Below, piece after piece: positions 54,068 to 63,522 of a DNA stretch of 64,000 nucleotides; the first letter of the stretch is position 1; each line of letters starts with the position of its first letter. The stretch lies in assembly GCA_023140215.1 (NCBI GenBank), contig JAGLMC010000048.1, positions 379 through 64,378 of the forward strand, given 5' to 3'. This DNA comes from Alphaproteobacteria bacterium (GTDB taxonomy: Bacteria; Pseudomonadota; Alphaproteobacteria; Micavibrionales; Micavibrionaceae). The position numbers and the translations under genes are program-made. The notes under the pieces are model-generated. The model ran no database searches. It saw nothing but the letters and a program-made list of their open reading frames with translations, and had not been told where the DNA came from.

Positions 54068-54687
54068 TATTTCATATTCTGTAATGGTTTTTGATGTGTA
54101 GTTTGATGTGTAAAGAGTAATTTAATCCAGCGAAAAACAGTTTTATGATATTCGGTAAATGTAAGCCGCCAGAATTCTTTTTTTCTAAAGGTAACATGTG
54201 GTTGTGTGATCGGGTGTGTAATAATTTTAATGTCAGGCATGGCGTGCTTGAATTCATTATGCGCTCGTATCATATGAAAATCAGCAGTTATAAGTCTGAT
54301 AGACGAGAATGTTTTATCAGAAAGCCAGAGCATTGTTTCATTTGCATTTTGAACTGTTGTATGAGCTTTGTCTCCCAGTGTAATACAGCATGGTGGAAGG
54401 GATGTTTCTCCAGTCCATTTTTGTATAATATCTTGTTTATTCACTCCGGGGTATATACCGCTGATAAAGAGATGACTTGCACGTCCTTTAGCAAAAAGGT
54501 TAAGACCGGTTTCAATGCGCATAGAGCCACCTGTTAAAACAATAATAGCATCTGTAATTTCATTTGTGCGTTCAGCCTTCATATTCAAGGTAGATGCTAT
54601 AAACCATCCATAACCTGTAAGCCATAGGCTAAAAACGCATAAAAGAACGCATAAAAAAACAAGGACTGTATTTTTAAAAAACACCAT
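54067..54687 (-). CDS. YdcF/DUF218-family protein
   Basis: 206 aa with an N-terminal TM segment. DAIIVLTGG...RIETGLNL...LFISG follows the DUF218 pattern. Confidence 0.75.
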   Translation of the reverse strand: MVFFKNTVLVFLCVLLCVFSLWLTGYGWFIASTLNMKAERTNEITDAIIVLTGGSMRIETGLNLFAKGRASHLFISGIYPGVNKQDIIQKWTGETSLPPCCITLGDKAHTTVQNANETMLWLSDKTFSSIRLITADFHMIRAHNEFKHAMPDIKIITHPITQPHVTFRKKEFWRLTFTEYHKTVFRWIKLLFTHQTTHQKPLQNMK

Positions 54688-54696
54688 AAAGACTTT

Positions 54697-55659
54697 CTAC
54701 GGCATAATGGCTAATGTGCGCAAGACAGTAAAACGTGCAGCCATTGCTGCAATAAGACAAGCTAGTGCTGGAATAGCTATAAGTATAAGCGCATGAAAGG
54801 CATTTAATTGAAATTCAGGCAGCAAAACCTCCGTAATTTCTCCTGAAAGTAATTTAATGAGCATAAGTGTTACAAGAGCAGCTAGTAAACCGCATAAGCT
54901 ACCTTTAAAGGCAATTATAACGGCATGGCGTTGAAGTTGGCGTGTAATATATGAATCATGCGCTCCTATAAGATGTAGAAGTTCAACTTCTTCACTGTGA
55001 ACGGCCATACGTGTTCGTATAGAGCCGGCAATAGCGGTTACGGTCGTAATTGTAATAATTAATGCAATGGTAATTGCAGCAAATTGAAGAGCGCCTGCTA
55101 GTTTTAGTAAATCTCCAAGCCATGCTTCATGTGTATCAATCTTAATATCTGCATTGATATTGCTCATTTCTTTTTTAAGATTTTGTATTATTTCGGGAGT
55201 ATTCGTATGCAGATCAATAGATATCAGTCCCGGTAATGGTATATTGTTTAAGGATACATTTTTTCCAAGCCAAGGAGAAAGTAAATCTTGAATATCTAAA
55301 TCGCTTAATGACTTAGTGGTTTTAATATAATGCAGTGTTTTTAGTTTTTCTTCAGATTTGTTTTGCAGGGCTTTAATTTCATCATTTGTACGTAAGCTTC
55401 CATTATTTTTTTCAGCCGGTATTTCAATTGTTACTTTATTCTCAAGTCCTGAAGACCAGTGATTTGTCATAGATTCAAGTGCAAATGATGTTATAATGGC
55501 GATTACTACTAAAAATGTCATTAAGGCAATTAAAACAATAAGAAAGCCAGTGCCTATATTTTTATTTAATGGTAAGTCATAATGACGCTTACCTTGAGCG
55601 CTGCCAAGGCGTTTGTCTTTTTTAGAGAGCCTTATAAAGACCAATAGTTCTTTTATCAA
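54697..55659 (-). CDS. ftsX: Cell-division ABC transporter permease FtsX-like
   Basis: 320 aa. It has a TM segment, a periplasmic loop and three TM segments in FtsX architecture. It overlaps ftsE by 4 nt. Confidence 0.8.
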   Translation of the reverse strand: MIKELLVFIRLSKKDKRLGSAQGKRHYDLPLNKNIGTGFLIVLIALMTFLVVIAIITSFALESMTNHWSSGLENKVTIEIPAEKNNGSLRTNDEIKALQNKSEEKLKTLHYIKTTKSLSDLDIQDLLSPWLGKNVSLNNIPLPGLISIDLHTNTPEIIQNLKKEMSNINADIKIDTHEAWLGDLLKLAGALQFAAITIALIITITTVTAIAGSIRTRMAVHSEEVELLHLIGAHDSYITRQLQRHAVIIAFKGSLCGLLAALVTLMLIKLLSGEITEVLLPEFQLNAFHALILIAIPALACLIAAMAARFTVLRTLAIMP

Positions 55660-56354
55660 AATACACCTTCAATTTTCTTTTGAATCCAGTTTTTTGGACG
55701 TTCAATTTCCAATTTACCATTATTCAGTATAAGGCGCGGATGTCCAAAGTTTTCCATTATAGCCTGATTGTGAGTAGCAATAACAATTGTAGTTCCCATA
55801 CGATTTAGTTGTTCAAATAAAGTCATAAGACGAAAACCTATTTCATTATCAAGATTTCCGGTTGGCTCATCCGCAAGAAGTAATTTAGGCCGTGCAATTA
55901 CAGCTCTGGCAATAGATATGCGTTGTTGCTGTCCGCCTGACATAGTCATTGGAAGTCTGTTTTTATGGTCGCCAAGTCCAACCCATTCCAGTAATTCATT
56001 GACGTTATTTTGAATTTCATTTTCCGCTCTTCCCTCAATGCGTAAAGGTAGAGCAACATTATCAAACGCAGATAGATGAGATAGAAGACGAAATTCTTGA
56101 AAAACAACACCAATACGTTGACGTAGTGAGGATAGCTGTTGACGTTTAAGTTGGTTAATGTTTTGTCCAAACATAGTTACAAGTCCGCGTGTTGGTTTTC
56201 GTCCCAGATACATTAAACTCATAAGGGAAGTTTTACCGGCTCCGCTAAGTCCGGTTAAAAAATGGAAAGATCCGGGTTCAAGCGTAAAATCAATATCGCT
56301 TAGAACTTCTGATCCTATACCGTATCTTAAGCCAACATGTTCAAACTTAATCAT
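55656..56354 (-). CDS. ftsE: Cell-division ATP-binding protein FtsE
   Basis: 232 aa. Walker A is GLSGAGKTS, the signature is MSGGQQQR, and Walker B is LLLADEPTGNLD. Confidence 0.9.
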   Translation of the reverse strand: MIKFEHVGLRYGIGSEVLSDIDFTLEPGSFHFLTGLSGAGKTSLMSLMYLGRKPTRGLVTMFGQNINQLKRQQLSSLRQRIGVVFQEFRLLSHLSAFDNVALPLRIEGRAENEIQNNVNELLEWVGLGDHKNRLPMTMSGGQQQRISIARAVIARPKLLLADEPTGNLDNEIGFRLMTLFEQLNRMGTTIVIATHNQAIMENFGHPRLILNNGKLEIERPKNWIQKKIEGVF

Positions 56355-57085
56355 TTTTTCTTAACTTCTCGTGGTTTTTGTTTATCCAGAATATATTGCA
56401 AGGCTTGTGCTTTTTTATAAGCATTTGTTATCAATTTGGCAGATGTAAATGCTTCTTCTAATTTATTACGATCCGCAAGGATTTTTGTAATAATGGAATA
56501 AGCTTTGTTTCTAAAGGCTGCGCTTTTGATAAAAGCTATGCTTTTCATAGCGGCCTTTGCATTTTCCCGTTCAGCTTGTATTTCCGCAGTTTCACCATAT
56601 GCTTTGTTACGTAAGGAATCGTTGTTCATATCGGCTGCTGTTTTCCATGCACCCTCATCATCACCGGCAAAAGCTTGTGACATAGCAATGTATGTAAGTG
56701 CAATCGCATAAGATGGCTTATGCTCAATTTTTTCAGCCATAGCACGTAGTTTTGTAAAAATATCTGTATATTCTTCAGAAGAGAGATGGATATCAGTAAC
56801 GGCCATGCCAATCCCGCGAATCGTCATTGCTTTGGTATCAGGTGTTTTTATTTTATCAATTAATGCAATGGCAGCATCAGTTTTTCCTTCAAAAGCCAGT
56901 GTTTTTGCGATTTCTCTGTAGGTTTGATCCCGCCAGCGTTCATTTTCAATTTGTTCAGTTGTGTTTTGTAGTATAGCGATAACGCAGGTTCTATCTTTAA
57001 GCTGGCAATCCTTTGCAAAAGCTGGGGATATCGCTATAAAAGTAATGAAGCACAGAAATAAAATCAGGTTTTTGTATTGTTGCAT
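56351..57085 (-). CDS. Secreted helical-repeat (TPR-like) hypothetical protein
   Basis: 244 aa. The signal peptide is LILFLCFITFIAISPAFA. The composition is Ala/Lys-rich and helical. It overlaps the ftsE start by 4 nt. Confidence 0.6.
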   Translation of the reverse strand: MQQYKNLILFLCFITFIAISPAFAKDCQLKDRTCVIAILQNTTEQIENERWRDQTYREIAKTLAFEGKTDAAIALIDKIKTPDTKAMTIRGIGMAVTDIHLSSEEYTDIFTKLRAMAEKIEHKPSYAIALTYIAMSQAFAGDDEGAWKTAADMNNDSLRNKAYGETAEIQAERENAKAAMKSIAFIKSAAFRNKAYSIITKILADRNKLEEAFTSAKLITNAYKKAQALQYILDKQKPREVKKK

Positions 57086-57187
57086 TTTATGATCTCCACA
57101 ATCTTTGCTAGTATAGAACTTTGAGTTTATTCATACTGAAATCTATAAGTACTAAAATAGAGCACTAAAGAGAAGCCTTAGCATTTT

Positions 57188-58012
57188 ATGATTCTAACAT
57201 GCCCACAATGTGAAATACGTTATTTGCTCCCTGCAACGATGTTAGGTGAAAAAGGCCGTCGTGTGAAATGTTCTTCTTGTGCTAAAGAATGGCATCAGCT
57301 TCCTGATATAGAGGAAATAAATGAATTTCAGGAACTTGATAATAGTGAGAATATTTCAGAAAATCATAAAGAAGAAGAACAGGAAGAATATGAACAGGAA
57401 GAGGAAAAACAAGAAGAATCTTCTATTGATGATATTCCTGATTCAGTAAAACCTGTTTTGGAAAAGTCATCCGTTCCAGCTTTACAGGAAGATAAACCTG
57501 TTTCACAAGGTGTATTGGGTGGATTTATAGCCGCTGCTGCTGTCTTTTTTATTATATTAGCAGGGTTGTATTTTGCATATAAGCCTATTGTTTCGGCATG
57601 GCCTGCCAGTCGTGCTTTTTATCAAATAATGGGCAAAAGAAGTCCAGTTTCGGGTGAAGGGCTTGTTTTTGATCATTTAACAGTTAAAGCAAATAGTGAT
57701 GGTAAAATGGAACTTATTGTCATTGAGGGGCAGATTATAAATCTTACTGCTTATGAGCAAATCATTCCAATTATCGAAGCCGGCTTAAAGGATGAGCAAG
57801 GAATAGAGATTGAAAAATGGAATATAAACTTGCCCGATTCTAAATTAGGTTCTGAAGGAGTTATGAAATTTTCTGATACTCATAAAGTTAATAAAAACCA
57901 CGCACAAAATGTGCATTTGAGTTTTGTTTTAAAATCCGAGAAATTTAAGAAAGCTGAAAAAATTCAGAAGACTGAGGAGTCTCAAGTTTCAGTTTCTTCC
58001 GAACAGCACTAG
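57188..58012 (+). CDS. MJ0042-type zinc-ribbon protein with TM segment and DUF3426-like C-terminus
   Basis: 274 aa. The N-terminus is MILTCPQCEIRYLLPATMLGEKGRRVKCSSCAKEW. An acidic linker, a TM segment and a C-terminal domain follow. It is a common neighbour of ftsEX in alphaproteobacteria. Confidence 0.75.
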   Translation: MILTCPQCEIRYLLPATMLGEKGRRVKCSSCAKEWHQLPDIEEINEFQELDNSENISENHKEEEQEEYEQEEEKQEESSIDDIPDSVKPVLEKSSVPALQEDKPVSQGVLGGFIAAAAVFFIILAGLYFAYKPIVSAWPASRAFYQIMGKRSPVSGEGLVFDHLTVKANSDGKMELIVIEGQIINLTAYEQIIPIIEAGLKDEQGIEIEKWNINLPDSKLGSEGVMKFSDTHKVNKNHAQNVHLSFVLKSEKFKKAEKIQKTEESQVSVSSEQH

Positions 58013-58022
58013 AAACTTCAAT

Positions 58023-59297
58023 TTATGAGTTAATCCATTCTGGAATAATATCCATATTTAAAATTTCTTCTATTGTTTGTCTTTTGCGAATAACCTCATA
58101 GTTTGAGCCGTTAACCATAATTTCTGCCGGTAAAGGGCGGGTGTTGTAATTCGAGGCCATACAAAATCCATAAGCTCCTGCGGATTTAATAACCGCTAGA
58201 TCACCCGCACTCATTTCAGAAATATCTCTGTTGATTGCAAATGTATCTCCGGTTTCACAAACAGGCCCTACAACATCATAAGTTTTACTTGAGGCATTTC
58301 TGTTTTGTACGGCTTCAATCTCATGATATGCATCGTAAAGCGTTGGGCGAATAAGATCATTCATTGCAGCATCCAGTACAAGAAAGTTTTTTTCTTCCGT
58401 TTCTTTCACATATAAAACTTTACTTAATAAAACACCGGCATTTCCGACTAGATAGCGTCCCGGTTCCATAATTATTTTTGTATCAAGAGGTACAATAATA
58501 TCATTGACCCATTGTGCATATGCTTTTAAATCGAGAAGTTGTTCATTGTCATAGACGATTGGAAATCCACCACCGATATCAAGACATTCGATGGTATGTC
58601 CTTCATTGCGTAAATCACTGACAAGCGCAGGAAGTTTTTTAAAGGCTGTTTTAAATGTTTCAACCTCAAAAATTTGTGACCCTATATGGATTGATAATCC
58701 GGTTGCATTTATGTTTGACATGTTTTTAGCCATTGCAAAGGCTTTAAAAACCGCATTACGGCTCAGGCCAAATTTATCACATTTACGTCCGGTAGAAATT
58801 TTATTATGTCCACCGCCGCTAATATCAGGATTTAGGCGAAAAACAACATTTGCAAATTTATCAATTTCATTTGCAACTTTTTGTATTTGTTCAAGCTCAG
58901 GGAGAGATTCTATATTAAATTGATGAATGCCTGCATTTAAAAGCTCTGTGATTTCATCTTTTTGTTTACCAACACCTGTAGACACAATTTTCGATGGATC
59001 AAATCCGGCCTTTAATCCACGGTGAAGCTCGCCTTTAGATACAATTTCAAGGTTACTGCCAAGGCTGTGAAGGTAGCTAAGAATGGCAATGTTGCTGTTG
59101 GCCTTGCATGCATAACAAAGCATTGGCTGATGATCTGCCGGAAGAACATTACGCATTGTATTTTGAAGTTTTTCATATTGGTTACGAATGTTTTCTGTAG
59201 AATAGACATAAGTAGGAGTTCCAACTTCTTTGGCAATTTGTTCAAGTGATATGTTTTCTACATACAGGCAATTATTTTTTTCATTATATCCAGTCAT
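58023..59297 (-). CDS. lysA: Diaminopimelate decarboxylase
   Basis: 424 aa. CYACKANSN carries the PLP-binding Lys. DIGGGF, EPGRYLV and GAYG motifs are present. Confidence 0.95.
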   Translation of the reverse strand: MTGYNEKNNCLYVENISLEQIAKEVGTPTYVYSTENIRNQYEKLQNTMRNVLPADHQPMLCYACKANSNIAILSYLHSLGSNLEIVSKGELHRGLKAGFDPSKIVSTGVGKQKDEITELLNAGIHQFNIESLPELEQIQKVANEIDKFANVVFRLNPDISGGGHNKISTGRKCDKFGLSRNAVFKAFAMAKNMSNINATGLSIHIGSQIFEVETFKTAFKKLPALVSDLRNEGHTIECLDIGGGFPIVYDNEQLLDLKAYAQWVNDIIVPLDTKIIMEPGRYLVGNAGVLLSKVLYVKETEEKNFLVLDAAMNDLIRPTLYDAYHEIEAVQNRNASSKTYDVVGPVCETGDTFAINRDISEMSAGDLAVIKSAGAYGFCMASNYNTRPLPAEIMVNGSNYEVIRKRQTIEEILNMDIIPEWINS

Positions 59298-59344
59298 GAT
59301 TTTAAATCTTTGTTTTTTATATTTAGGTAAATGATTATTGTTTG

Positions 59345-59482
59345 TTAGTGTGTATTTAAGTCTGGATAAGTGCGTGGATATATCTTAGTTTCAGCGTCTT
59401 TAGGTGCTTTTACAGTGCTGGGTTTTATACCGCATCCAGATACCATAAGACAGGTTAAAATAATAATTGTTAGCTTTTTCAT
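59345..59482 (-). CDS. Small lipoprotein upstream of lysA (LptM/YifL-like), below the ORF-track length cutoff
   Basis: My own translation reads MKKLTIIILTCLMVSGCGIKPSTVKAPKDAETKIYPRTYPDLNTH (45 aa). The lipobox is V-S-G-C. It is co-directional with lysA and ends 47 nt upstream of the lysA start. Confidence 0.6.
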   Translation of the reverse strand: MKKLTIIILTCLMVSGCGIKPSTVKAPKDAETKIYPRTYPDLNTH

Positions 59483-59622
59483 TTTAAAATTTCTCCAGAG
59501 CCAAACCTAATTAGTATAAGACTATATTTCAATGTTAAAAATTGATATCATCCTATTACGCTGCGTTTTTTCTGTTATCCGCCATAAATCTTTAATAATG
59601 ATATTCAAGACACAATAGATAT

Positions 59623-60924
59623 ATGCAAGAAAGCACAAATTTAGATAAGCAAAAGTTGGAGAAGATCACTCAAGATCAGCTCGATGCTATGGTACGATTG
59701 CATACGCGTTTTTTAGAGGGGCGTTTAGGCGGGCGTAGAGCTATGTTGAAAAATATAGATATTTCCGGTTTATCTCTAGAAAAGCAAAATTTACGTCAAG
59801 CCAACTTTGTCGGATGCGTTATGTCGAATATGAATTTATCCGGTACAAATTTTCAGGAAGCATCCTTATATGCATGTAACTTAAGCGAAGCTAATTTATT
59901 TCAGGCAATTTTTATCCGTTCAGATTTACGTGGTGCACGTATTGAAAATGCTAATCTTGAAAGTGCGGATTTTGAAAGTGCGGATTTACGTGTTGGCGGT
60001 GTGATTGTTAATAATGATTTTAATGCAGGGCAGGCAGTTAATTTCCGTGGAGCGAATTTAAGTGGTGCTAAACTTATGGGCTCTATTGCCAATAAGGCAG
60101 ATTTTTCTGATGCTATATTATCTGGTGCTAATTTATCACAGGCAGATTTATCAGGGGCGCAGTTTGAAGGTGCTGATTTGTCAGGAGCAGAAGTTCAAGG
60201 AACTAAATTAACCGGAGCTAATCTTAAATCAGCAATTCTTATAGACGTTGATGTTAAAAAAATGCAAGACGGTGAAAATATTGATATATCTATGGCGCTC
60301 ACGGATGATAATATAGGTATGGCTGTTGGAGATATGGATGAGCCATTAGCTCATATGATTGAAACGCATCGTAATTGGGTGCAATCAGCAGGCAAGTCAG
60401 GTAAGCAGCTTGATCTTAGTGAGATTGATCTTCGGCTTCTTAAAACATTAAAAATGGAAAAATTGACAGCAATTAAAGCAATAGATGCTAAATTCTTTGG
60501 TATGAATTTGTATAAGATTGAGCTTCAAAGTGCTGTTATGGATAAATCAGATTTTCGTAATTGTGATATGGAAGAAGCAGATTTGCGAGGTGCAAGCTTT
60601 AAAAATGCTCAATTTGGCCATGCTAATATGAGTGGTGTTAATGCTGGAGCGTTGATGTTTGGTGGAGGAAGTACAACGAGAAGATTTAGCCCATGTAACT
60701 TTGAAGGCGCAAAGCTACGATATGTAAATTTAACGAATGCACAATTGAAAAATGCTGTGTTTAAAGGAGCAGATTTATCTTATGCCGACTTGACCGGTTC
60801 CGATTTGCGCGATATTGATTTTACAGACACCATAATGAAAAATACAATTTTGGAAAATGCTCAGATAGAAGGGGCTGATTTTCCAAAGTCCGGTAATCCT
60901 ATATTTAAAATTCCATCCGATTAA
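59623..60924 (+). CDS. Pentapeptide-repeat protein with two repeat domains
   Basis: 433 aa. There are long runs of A(D/N)LxX pentapeptides, for example ANLSGAKLMGSIANKADFSDAILSGANLSQADLSGAQFEGADLSGAEVQGTKLTGANLKSA. A second block covers the C-terminal third. There is no signal peptide. Confidence 0.85.
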   Translation: MQESTNLDKQKLEKITQDQLDAMVRLHTRFLEGRLGGRRAMLKNIDISGLSLEKQNLRQANFVGCVMSNMNLSGTNFQEASLYACNLSEANLFQAIFIRSDLRGARIENANLESADFESADLRVGGVIVNNDFNAGQAVNFRGANLSGAKLMGSIANKADFSDAILSGANLSQADLSGAQFEGADLSGAEVQGTKLTGANLKSAILIDVDVKKMQDGENIDISMALTDDNIGMAVGDMDEPLAHMIETHRNWVQSAGKSGKQLDLSEIDLRLLKTLKMEKLTAIKAIDAKFFGMNLYKIELQSAVMDKSDFRNCDMEEADLRGASFKNAQFGHANMSGVNAGALMFGGGSTTRRFSPCNFEGAKLRYVNLTNAQLKNAVFKGADLSYADLTGSDLRDIDFTDTIMKNTILENAQIEGADFPKSGNPIFKIPSD

Positions 60925-60927
60925 TAA

Positions 60928-61857
60928 TTAAAGCTTATTTTCCAGTTCCGGAACTGCATCAAACAAGTCTGCTACAAGCCCATAGTCTGCGACTTGGAAT
61001 ATTGGTGCATTCTCGTCATTGTTAATAGCAACAATGATTTTTGAGTCTTTTATTCCTGTTAAATGCTGGATAGCACCGGAAATGCCAATTGCTATATATA
61101 AATCCGGAGCTACGATCTTTCCGGTTTGACCTATTTGACAATCATTAGGGATATATCCTGCATCAACTGCTGCGCGTGATGCTCCTACAGCCGCTCCTAT
61201 TTTATTAGCTAGTTTTTCAATTAGTGCAAAATTACTTGCAGAGCCAATGCCTCGCCCTCCGGCAATAATGATTTTGGCGGAAGTTAGTTCAGGGCGGTCA
61301 GATATTGTTTCCCGTAAAGCAACAAAGCTTGAAAGTTTACTTTTTCCTTTGCTTGGGATGTTTTCTATATGAGCATTGCCTCCTTCGTTTGAGCTTGGTT
61401 CAAAAGCAATGCTTCGTACAGTGATAAGCTTTATATCATCGCTTGATTTAACAGTAGCAATAGCATTACCGGCATAAACAGGACGTTCAAAAGTATCATT
61501 GTCAATAATTGCTGAAATATCGGAGATTTGTTGTACATCAAGTAATGCAGCCGCATGAGGCAAAATATTTTTTCCAAAAGTTGATGCGGGAGCTAGTACA
61601 TGAGTATAATTTTTTGCTAGATCAGCAATAATTGGCGCGATGTTTTCAGCCGTCACATGACTTAATTCTTTTGAATTAATTTTAAGAACTTTGGTGATGT
61701 TTTCTGTTTTAGCTGCTGATTCAACAGCGCTGTTGCAAGAGCTTCCGGCAACAAGAATATGAATGTCATTATCTAACTGTTTTGCTGCTCCGATAGTATT
61801 TAGAGTTACGGCTTTTAGTCTTTTATTATTATGTTCAGCTATAACTAAAACACTCAT
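60928..61857 (-). CDS. etfA: Electron transfer flavoprotein subunit alpha
   Basis: 309 aa. The C-terminal FAD-binding pattern IIAGGRG...[12 protein letters not shown]...[25 protein letters not shown] is present. Confidence 0.95.
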   Translation of the reverse strand: MSVLVIAEHNNKRLKAVTLNTIGAAKQLDNDIHILVAGSSCNSAVESAAKTENITKVLKINSKELSHVTAENIAPIIADLAKNYTHVLAPASTFGKNILPHAAALLDVQQISDISAIIDNDTFERPVYAGNAIATVKSSDDIKLITVRSIAFEPSSNEGGNAHIENIPSKGKSKLSSFVALRETISDRPELTSAKIIIAGGRGIGSASNFALIEKLANKIGAAVGASRAAVDAGYIPNDCQIGQTGKIVAPDLYIAIGISGAIQHLTGIKDSKIIVAINNDENAPIFQVADYGLVADLFDAVPELENKL

Positions 61858-62621
61858 GATAATACCTTTGCTTCATTTTTAAGTTTATCAATTAGTTCAT
61901 CAACATTAGAAACTTTGATACCATTTTGACGGGCAGGGGGTTCTGTAACCTTAATTATTTTAAGACGTGGTGAGCAATCAATATCAAGGGTATTTATTGA
62001 AATAATTTCAAGCTCTTTCTTTTTAGCTTTTATAATATCAGACAGTTTTGCATATCGTGGTTCATTAAGGCGAAGATCTGTTGTAATAACGGCCGGCATT
62101 TTTAATTTTAAAGTTTCACGTCCGCCATCAATTTCACGAGTGACTATGATTGATTTATTATTAACCTCAATAGCAGAAGCAAAAGTTCCTTGCGCCCAAC
62201 CTAAAAGCGCAGAGAGCATCTGCCCTGTCTGGTTAGAATCATCATCAATGGATTGCTTTCCCATTAGAACAAAATCAGGATTTTCTTTTTCAACTAAAAT
62301 TTTAAGTATTTTTGCAACGGCTAAAGGTTCTATACCGCCTAGATCAATAGGATCATCTGTTTGCACAAGAATACCTCGATCTGCCCCCATTGCTATTGCT
62401 GTGCGAATTTGTTCTTGAGCTTTTTCAGAGCCAATGCTTACAACAATAATTTCACTTGTTTTACCGGCTTCTTTCAGGCGTACAGCTTCTTCAACTGCAA
62501 TTTCATCAAAAGGATTGAGCGACATTTTTACGTTTGCCAAATCAACGCCGGTTTCATCGGCCTTTACATGGATTTTTACGTTGTAATCAATTACCCTTTT
62601 GATCGGGACAAGAATTTTCAT
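61854..62621 (-). CDS. etfB: Electron transfer flavoprotein subunit beta
   Basis: 255 aa. MKILVPIKRVIDYNVKI...NPFDEIAVEEA...GKQSIDDDSNQTGQMLA follows the EtfB pattern. It overlaps etfA by 4 nt. Confidence 0.95.
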   Translation of the reverse strand: MKILVPIKRVIDYNVKIHVKADETGVDLANVKMSLNPFDEIAVEEAVRLKEAGKTSEIIVVSIGSEKAQEQIRTAIAMGADRGILVQTDDPIDLGGIEPLAVAKILKILVEKENPDFVLMGKQSIDDDSNQTGQMLSALLGWAQGTFASAIEVNNKSIIVTREIDGGRETLKLKMPAVITTDLRLNEPRYAKLSDIIKAKKKELEIISINTLDIDCSPRLKIIKVTEPPARQNGIKVSNVDELIDKLKNEAKVLS

Positions 62622-62636
62622 ATTAGGTGTTAGCCT

Positions 62637-63371
62637 CTATTTTATAGCAGTTAAAAAATAATTTATAGCAATGTTTTTTTCGTTCATCTCAAATTCTCCG
62701 TTAAGAATATTGAAAGTAAGTCCGCTTGTATTGAGAGGTTTTAGCTTTGCATCTCTGCAATATTTTACAAGCTCTGAAGGTTGTATAAATTTTCCCCAGC
62801 TATGTGTACCTTTAGGAATCCAGCGCAGAATATATTCCGCAGCCACCACACCAAATATTAAAGATTTTGGTGTGCGGTTAAGTGTTGAGAAAATGATTAT
62901 GCCTCCTTCTTTCATAAGGTTTGCACAAACTTTTATAAAGTCATTCGGATTATTAACATGCTCTAATATTTCAAGAGCTAGCACTACATCAAATTTTTCT
63001 TCAATTTCTTCTATTGAGCCATTTAGATAGTTGATTTTTAGATTTGATTTATTAGCATGTTTAGTTGCAACTTCAATTGCAACACTGTCTGCATCTACGC
63101 CGGTTATGTTAGCTTCCATACGAGCCATAGGCTCACAAATTAAACCTCCGCCACATCCAACATCTATAATGGAAATATTTTTAAAAAGAGCAGAGCTATC
63201 ATTATTTTTCGTATTATCTATAGAATAATGCGTGTAAATTTGTTGTTTAATATAATCAATGCGCACGTTGTTTGATTTATGTAATGGCTTGAATGAGCCA
63301 TTTTCATTCCACCAGTCATGTGCATTTTTTGAAAATTTATTTATTTCTTCTTTATTAACACTACTGGACAT
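62637..63371 (-). CDS. ubiG: Ubiquinone biosynthesis O-methyltransferase
   Basis: 244 aa. WWNENGSFKPLH, IIDVGCGGGLICEPMAR and ALEILEHV are present. The divergent arrangement with aspartate kinase is common in alphaproteobacteria. Confidence 0.85.
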   Translation of the reverse strand: MSSSVNKEEINKFSKNAHDWWNENGSFKPLHKSNNVRIDYIKQQIYTHYSIDNTKNNDSSALFKNISIIDVGCGGGLICEPMARMEANITGVDADSVAIEVATKHANKSNLKINYLNGSIEEIEEKFDVVLALEILEHVNNPNDFIKVCANLMKEGGIIIFSTLNRTPKSLIFGVVAAEYILRWIPKGTHSWGKFIQPSELVKYCRDAKLKPLNTSGLTFNILNGEFEMNEKNIAINYFLTAIK

Positions 63372-63522
63372 GGCACATATCTTCCTTGTAAAGGTTATAT
63401 TCTTTGAAAAATTATAAATGAATACTGATGAATATTAATCTTTCTATTTTTATTTATTACTATTTGTGTTCATTTATGTCCATTCGTAGTTAAAAGTTTT
63501 TAAAAGTTAGAAAATAAAGATT

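Noticed and set aside
59362-59382. DnaA-box-like strings (TTATCCAG and TATCCACGC on the minus strand) raised the possibility of an origin.
   Set aside because: They are imperfect boxes, lie inside the small lipoprotein ORF, have no AT-rich unwinding element or cluster of boxes, and the neighbouring genes are not origin-associated.
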